Shown here piece by piece: positions 59,730 to 64,000 of a stretch of 64,000 nt of DNA. The stretch's first letter is position 1; each line of letters begins with the position of its first letter. The stretch comes from Escherichia coli (GTDB taxonomy: Bacteria; Pseudomonadota; Gammaproteobacteria; Enterobacterales; Enterobacteriaceae), in NCBI RefSeq assembly GCF_050920415.1, contig NZ_CP169309.1. The stretch is one strand, 5' to 3'. The translations under genes were made by a program, and so were the position numbers. The notes under the pieces are model-generated. The model saw nothing but the letters and a program-made list of their open reading frames with translations. It made no database searches and had not been told where the DNA came from.

Positions 59730-59837
59730 ATGACGCTCGCGCAGTTTGCCATGATTTTCTGGCACGACCTAGCGGCACCGATCCTGGCGGGGATTATTAC
59801 CGCAGTGATTGTCAGCTGGTGGCGTAACCGGAAGTAA
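59730..59837 (+). CDS. ldrA: Type I toxin Ldr, 35 aa (MTLAQFAMIFWHDLAAPILAGIITAVIVSWWRNRK)
   Basis: 35-codon ORF read directly; matches the LdrA sequence; below the ORF-track size cutoff. Confidence 0.85.
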   Translation: MTLAQFAMIFWHDLAAPILAGIITAVIVSWWRNRK

Positions 59838-60264
59838 GGTGAAAACGGGCGTCAGGCTGCCGTGATGGCAATATGCGCCCGAAACCGGCCGCAGGGGTAA
59901 CAGCCTGCGGCCCTTTTTGTCTTTATCTCTTCTGCAAGTAAATATTGGCAACCCGAGCTGGAAGCATCATCCAGAGCACTCATGAAACGACTGTAACAGC
60001 TGTTGAAAAACCGGAATGCACTCTTCATTGCAAACATTTCAGGGATGAAGTGAAGATGAATTGAGACGTAGTATCCACACCAAGCCGGAGTTATCCGGTG
60101 AGGCGCAATGTTGCGGGGGCTCTATCCCTGGTGGCATTGGTTGCTGGAAAGAGAAAACCCCCGCACGTTGAGAGGTACAACCTGACAACAGAACGGGGGC
60201 TAATCTTGAAACCAGACACTTCAAGAATAGCCGCAAAATGTTGTCATTACAACAAGGCGGCTAT

Positions 60265-60372
60265 ATGACGCTCGCGCAGTTTGCCATGACTTTCTGGCAC
60301 GACCTGGCAGCACCGATCCTGGCGGGAATTATTACCGCAGCGATTGTCAGCTGGTGGCGTAACCGGAAGTAA
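60265..60372 (+). CDS. ldrB: Type I toxin Ldr, second copy, 35 aa (MTLAQFAMTFWHDLAAPILAGIITAAIVSWWRNRK)
   Basis: Same architecture 535 bp downstream; two amino-acid differences from copy 1; paralogue assignment tentative. Confidence 0.8.
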   Translation: MTLAQFAMTFWHDLAAPILAGIITAAIVSWWRNRK

Positions 60373-60519
60373 GGTGAAAACGGGCGTCAGGCTGCCGTGA
60401 TGGCAATATGCGCCCGAAACCGGCCGCAGGGGTAACAGCCTGCGGCCTTTTTTGTATCCGGCCCCATGAAAAAAGCCTTAACGCAGAACGCTAAGGCTTT
60501 AGTTTTCAGGCAAAAAAGA

Positions 60520-61383
<864 letters not shown>

Positions 61384-61409
61384 TTAATCTTGAGTAAAAT
61401 GTCGATTAA

Positions 61410-62219
61410 TTAATGCAGCACAATATGTTTATGCGCGATGTTATTTATTTGCGCACGGAGCATTTCGCTGATCGGGTCTTCCGGACACTGTTCAACGAAA
61501 TAACTTAAATCGTTCAACGCAACGTGTTCGCAATCCAGTTGCGCATAAATCAACCCGCGATCGCGAATTTCATAGGGATCTTCCGGGTTGAATTGTAATA
61601 ATGCTTCGCTGGTACGTAGCGCCAGCTCCATCTGATTTTCTTCCATCAACGAAGCTTTGAGTGTATCCAGCAATTTGCGGATTACCTCAATGTTATCAGC
61701 TTCATCAAGGTCTTCATAAAACAGTTCCGCCGACGGGCTGATATTTCCCTTTAACCATACGTCCAGCATATGTTCGCTTAACGATTCACCGTTAAAAGGA
61801 TTAATCAGCCAAATTTCGCCATCCGGACATTCAATGCGCAGTATCAGCTGCGTAGGGAAAATCACCGGCAGCAGCGGCAAATCGAGACGATTCGCGACCC
61901 ATAATAAAACGGCACCTAATGATACGGCACTGCCCTGTCGATTCTTTAACACCTGGTCCAGCCATAATGCATCGGAAAGACGATAAACGCCGCGTGAGGC
62001 TTTAAATCCCCAGTCGCCGTAAAACAGCGCGATCAGTTTTTCCAGCTGCTCTTCTAAAGGCAGAAGCTGGCTGATTTCTTCCTTCGCCAGAGTAACGAGA
62101 CGCTCCAGTTCGTCGTAAACATCTTGCGAGGGAAAATCGCGGCGGATTGCTTCGCAAGCCAGGATCATGCCTTCGCACAATGGCGCTTTATTAAATTCGA
62201 AATCAGCTAACGATCTCAT
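61410..62219 (-). CDS. ychA: SirB1/YchA family protein
   Basis: 269 aa recognised as YchA. Confidence 0.85.
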   Translation of the reverse strand: MRSLADFEFNKAPLCEGMILACEAIRRDFPSQDVYDELERLVTLAKEEISQLLPLEEQLEKLIALFYGDWGFKASRGVYRLSDALWLDQVLKNRQGSAVSLGAVLLWVANRLDLPLLPVIFPTQLILRIECPDGEIWLINPFNGESLSEHMLDVWLKGNISPSAELFYEDLDEADNIEVIRKLLDTLKASLMEENQMELALRTSEALLQFNPEDPYEIRDRGLIYAQLDCEHVALNDLSYFVEQCPEDPISEMLRAQINNIAHKHIVLH

Positions 62220-62222
62220 GAC

Positions 62223-62615
62223 TTACCCCAGTAACGGTACTTTTGTGGTGGCGAGTTTAATGATGATGTACAGCACCACCAACGCCAGCGGGAAGGCAAT
62301 AATGCGCGCCTGCTGACTGTGCATACGACGATAATCGAGTGCAATAAAACCCAAAACGATATAAATGATAACTCCAAACAGCTTTTCAGTCAGCCACTGT
62401 GCCTGCCCGGAAAATGGCAGGATGTGCGCTTTAGCCATCAACGCAATGCCGCTTAACAATAACACCGTATCGACAACCGGCGGCACAATGCGCGTCCAAC
62501 GAGCAAATGCCTGTGGATGCTTCTGATAACGTAGCCAGAAACGTAAGGTTAATAGCCCTACAGAAAGCGCAATGCTAATGAGATGAACGCTAAGCAGTGT
62601 AGAAAAACTTGTCAT
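62223..62615 (-). CDS. ychQ: SirB2/YchQ inner membrane protein
   Basis: 130-aa hydrophobic protein. Confidence 0.85.
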   Translation of the reverse strand: MTSFSTLLSVHLISIALSVGLLTLRFWLRYQKHPQAFARWTRIVPPVVDTVLLLSGIALMAKAHILPFSGQAQWLTEKLFGVIIYIVLGFIALDYRRMHSQQARIIAFPLALVVLYIIIKLATTKVPLLG

Positions 62616-63445
62616 TGATAATAGCGGCCGAGCGTTACGCGCTCGTTATCACCATAGTCCCGACAGGTTTCGACGTCATGATATCCCGCGTGGATAAATA
62701 CCTGTCGCACCGCTTCGCCCTGCTGCCAGCCATGTTCCAGAAGCAGAAAGCCGCCGGATACCAGCGCGTTACGCGACTGTTCGATGATATGCACGATGTC
62801 TGCCATTCCACTGTCTGCCGCAACCAGCGCAGTGAGCGGCTCAAAGCGGACATCGCCTTGTTGAAGATGTGGGTCCTGCTCGTCAATATACGGCGGATTA
62901 CTGACAATCATCGCAAACTGCTGCCCGGCTAGCGCGCTAAACCAGTTGCTTTGCAGAATATGGATATTTTTGATCGCCAGATTCTGGGCATTACGTTGCG
63001 CCAGGGCGATAGCATCAGGCATACGATCTACAGCGGTAATTTCGCAGTCCGGGCGCTCGCTAGCCAGCGCCAGCGCAATCGCCCCGGTACCCGTCCCGAG
63101 ATCGAGAATACGGCAAGGTTGTTCAGGCAACCGCGCCAGTGCCTGCTCCACCAGACACTCCGTATCCGGGCGCGGAATTAAGGTCGCTGGCGAAACAAAT
63201 AACGGCAGCGACCAGAATTCTCGCACCCCGGTTAAATGAGCAATAGGTTCACCATCGCGACGACGCGTCAGTAGCGCATCAAGTTGCTGACATTGTTCGT
63301 CAGTCAGCTGCGTTTCACCAAAGGCGAGAATAAAAGTACGCCCTTTGCCGGTAACATGCTCCAGCAGGATTTCAGCATCACGCCGCGGGCTTTCGCTCGC
63401 CTGAAGTTGGCTTATTGCTTCACGTAACCAGTGTTGATATTCCAT
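62612..63445 (-). CDS. prmC: Release-factor glutamine N5-methyltransferase PrmC (HemK)
   Basis: 277 aa; SAM motif DLGTGTG and NPPY catalytic motif. Confidence 0.95.
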   Translation of the reverse strand: MEYQHWLREAISQLQASESPRRDAEILLEHVTGKGRTFILAFGETQLTDEQCQQLDALLTRRRDGEPIAHLTGVREFWSLPLFVSPATLIPRPDTECLVEQALARLPEQPCRILDLGTGTGAIALALASERPDCEITAVDRMPDAIALAQRNAQNLAIKNIHILQSNWFSALAGQQFAMIVSNPPYIDEQDPHLQQGDVRFEPLTALVAADSGMADIVHIIEQSRNALVSGGFLLLEHGWQQGEAVRQVFIHAGYHDVETCRDYGDNERVTLGRYYQ

Positions 63446-64000
63446 TATTCCTGCTCGGACAACGCCGCCAGTTGATCGGCCTGATGTTCCTGGATAATCG
63501 GTTCAATCAGCATATCCAGCTTACCTTCCATCACTTCATCCAGACGGTAGAGCGTCAGGTTGATGCGGTGATCAGTAACGCGCCCCTGCGGGAAATTGTA
63601 AGTACGGTTACGGTCGCTGCGATCGCCACTCCCCAGCAGGTTACGACGGGTAGACGCTTCGGCCTGTTGCCGTTTTGCCATTTCTGCAGCGTGGATGCGA
63701 GCACCAAGTACAGAAAGTGCTTTAGCTTTGTTTTTATGTTGTGAACGTTCGTCCTGACATTCAACAACAATCCCGGTCGGCAAGTGAGTAATACGAATTG
63801 CCGAATCGGTGGTGTTAACGTGCTGACCACCCGCCCCTGACGAGCGGAAAGTATCAATGCGCAAATCTGCTGGGTTGATGTCCGGGAGTTCTGCGTCAGG
63901 CAGTTCTGGCATTACCGCAACGGTACAAGCAGAAGTATGAATTCGACCCTGCGATTCCGTAGCAGGCACACGCTGCACGCGATGACCGCCAGATTCGAAT
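63445..64000 (-). CDS. prfA: Peptide chain release factor 1, C-terminal part; 5' end runs off the window
   Basis: GGQ motif [14 protein letters not shown]; stop overlaps the prmC start. Confidence 0.92.

Larger units (their letters stand above)
59457..60460 (+). repeat. Two tandem ~535-bp direct repeats, each a complete ldr toxin unit with leader and terminator
   Basis: Units begin cagctgttgaaaa(a/g)ccggaatg at about 59461 and 59997, period about 536 bp; each ends in a gccgcaggggtaacagcctgcggcc hairpin plus T-run. Confidence 0.85.

Overview
This window reads as a contiguous stretch of Escherichia coli core chromosome (the topA–trp–tonB–opp–adhE–hns–tyrT–nar–cha–kdsA–prfA neighbourhood), not a mobile element or plasmid. 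Every gene call rests on recognising the translated ORFs and well-known DNA motifs from memory; no database search was run. The gene order is dense, syntenic and almost fully explained by known housekeeping genes. I found no multi-gene defence island, prophage, IS element, integron or CRISPR array. The best candidate for something undescribed is a small AT-rich two-gene operon (a predicted lipoprotein plus a 102-aa protein) between btuR and rluB, at about 5.2–6.6 kb. Other points worth a second look: two tandem Ldr/Rdl-type toxin units between chaA and kdsA that fall below the ORF-track size cutoff; a tRNA-Tyr doublet followed by four 178-bp repeats in which the tpr-like micro-ORF carries a stop codon in every copy; a trp promoter/operator that differs by two bases from the canonical sequence as I remember it; and apparent gene-content differences from the K-12 reference around rluB. 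All comparisons with K-12 are from memory and need an alignment to confirm. Coordinates I derived by hand may be off by a base or two; the ORF track was treated as authoritative for reading frames. Several track ORFs begin at GTG or TTG, and I adjusted starts where an internal start reproduces the known protein length.
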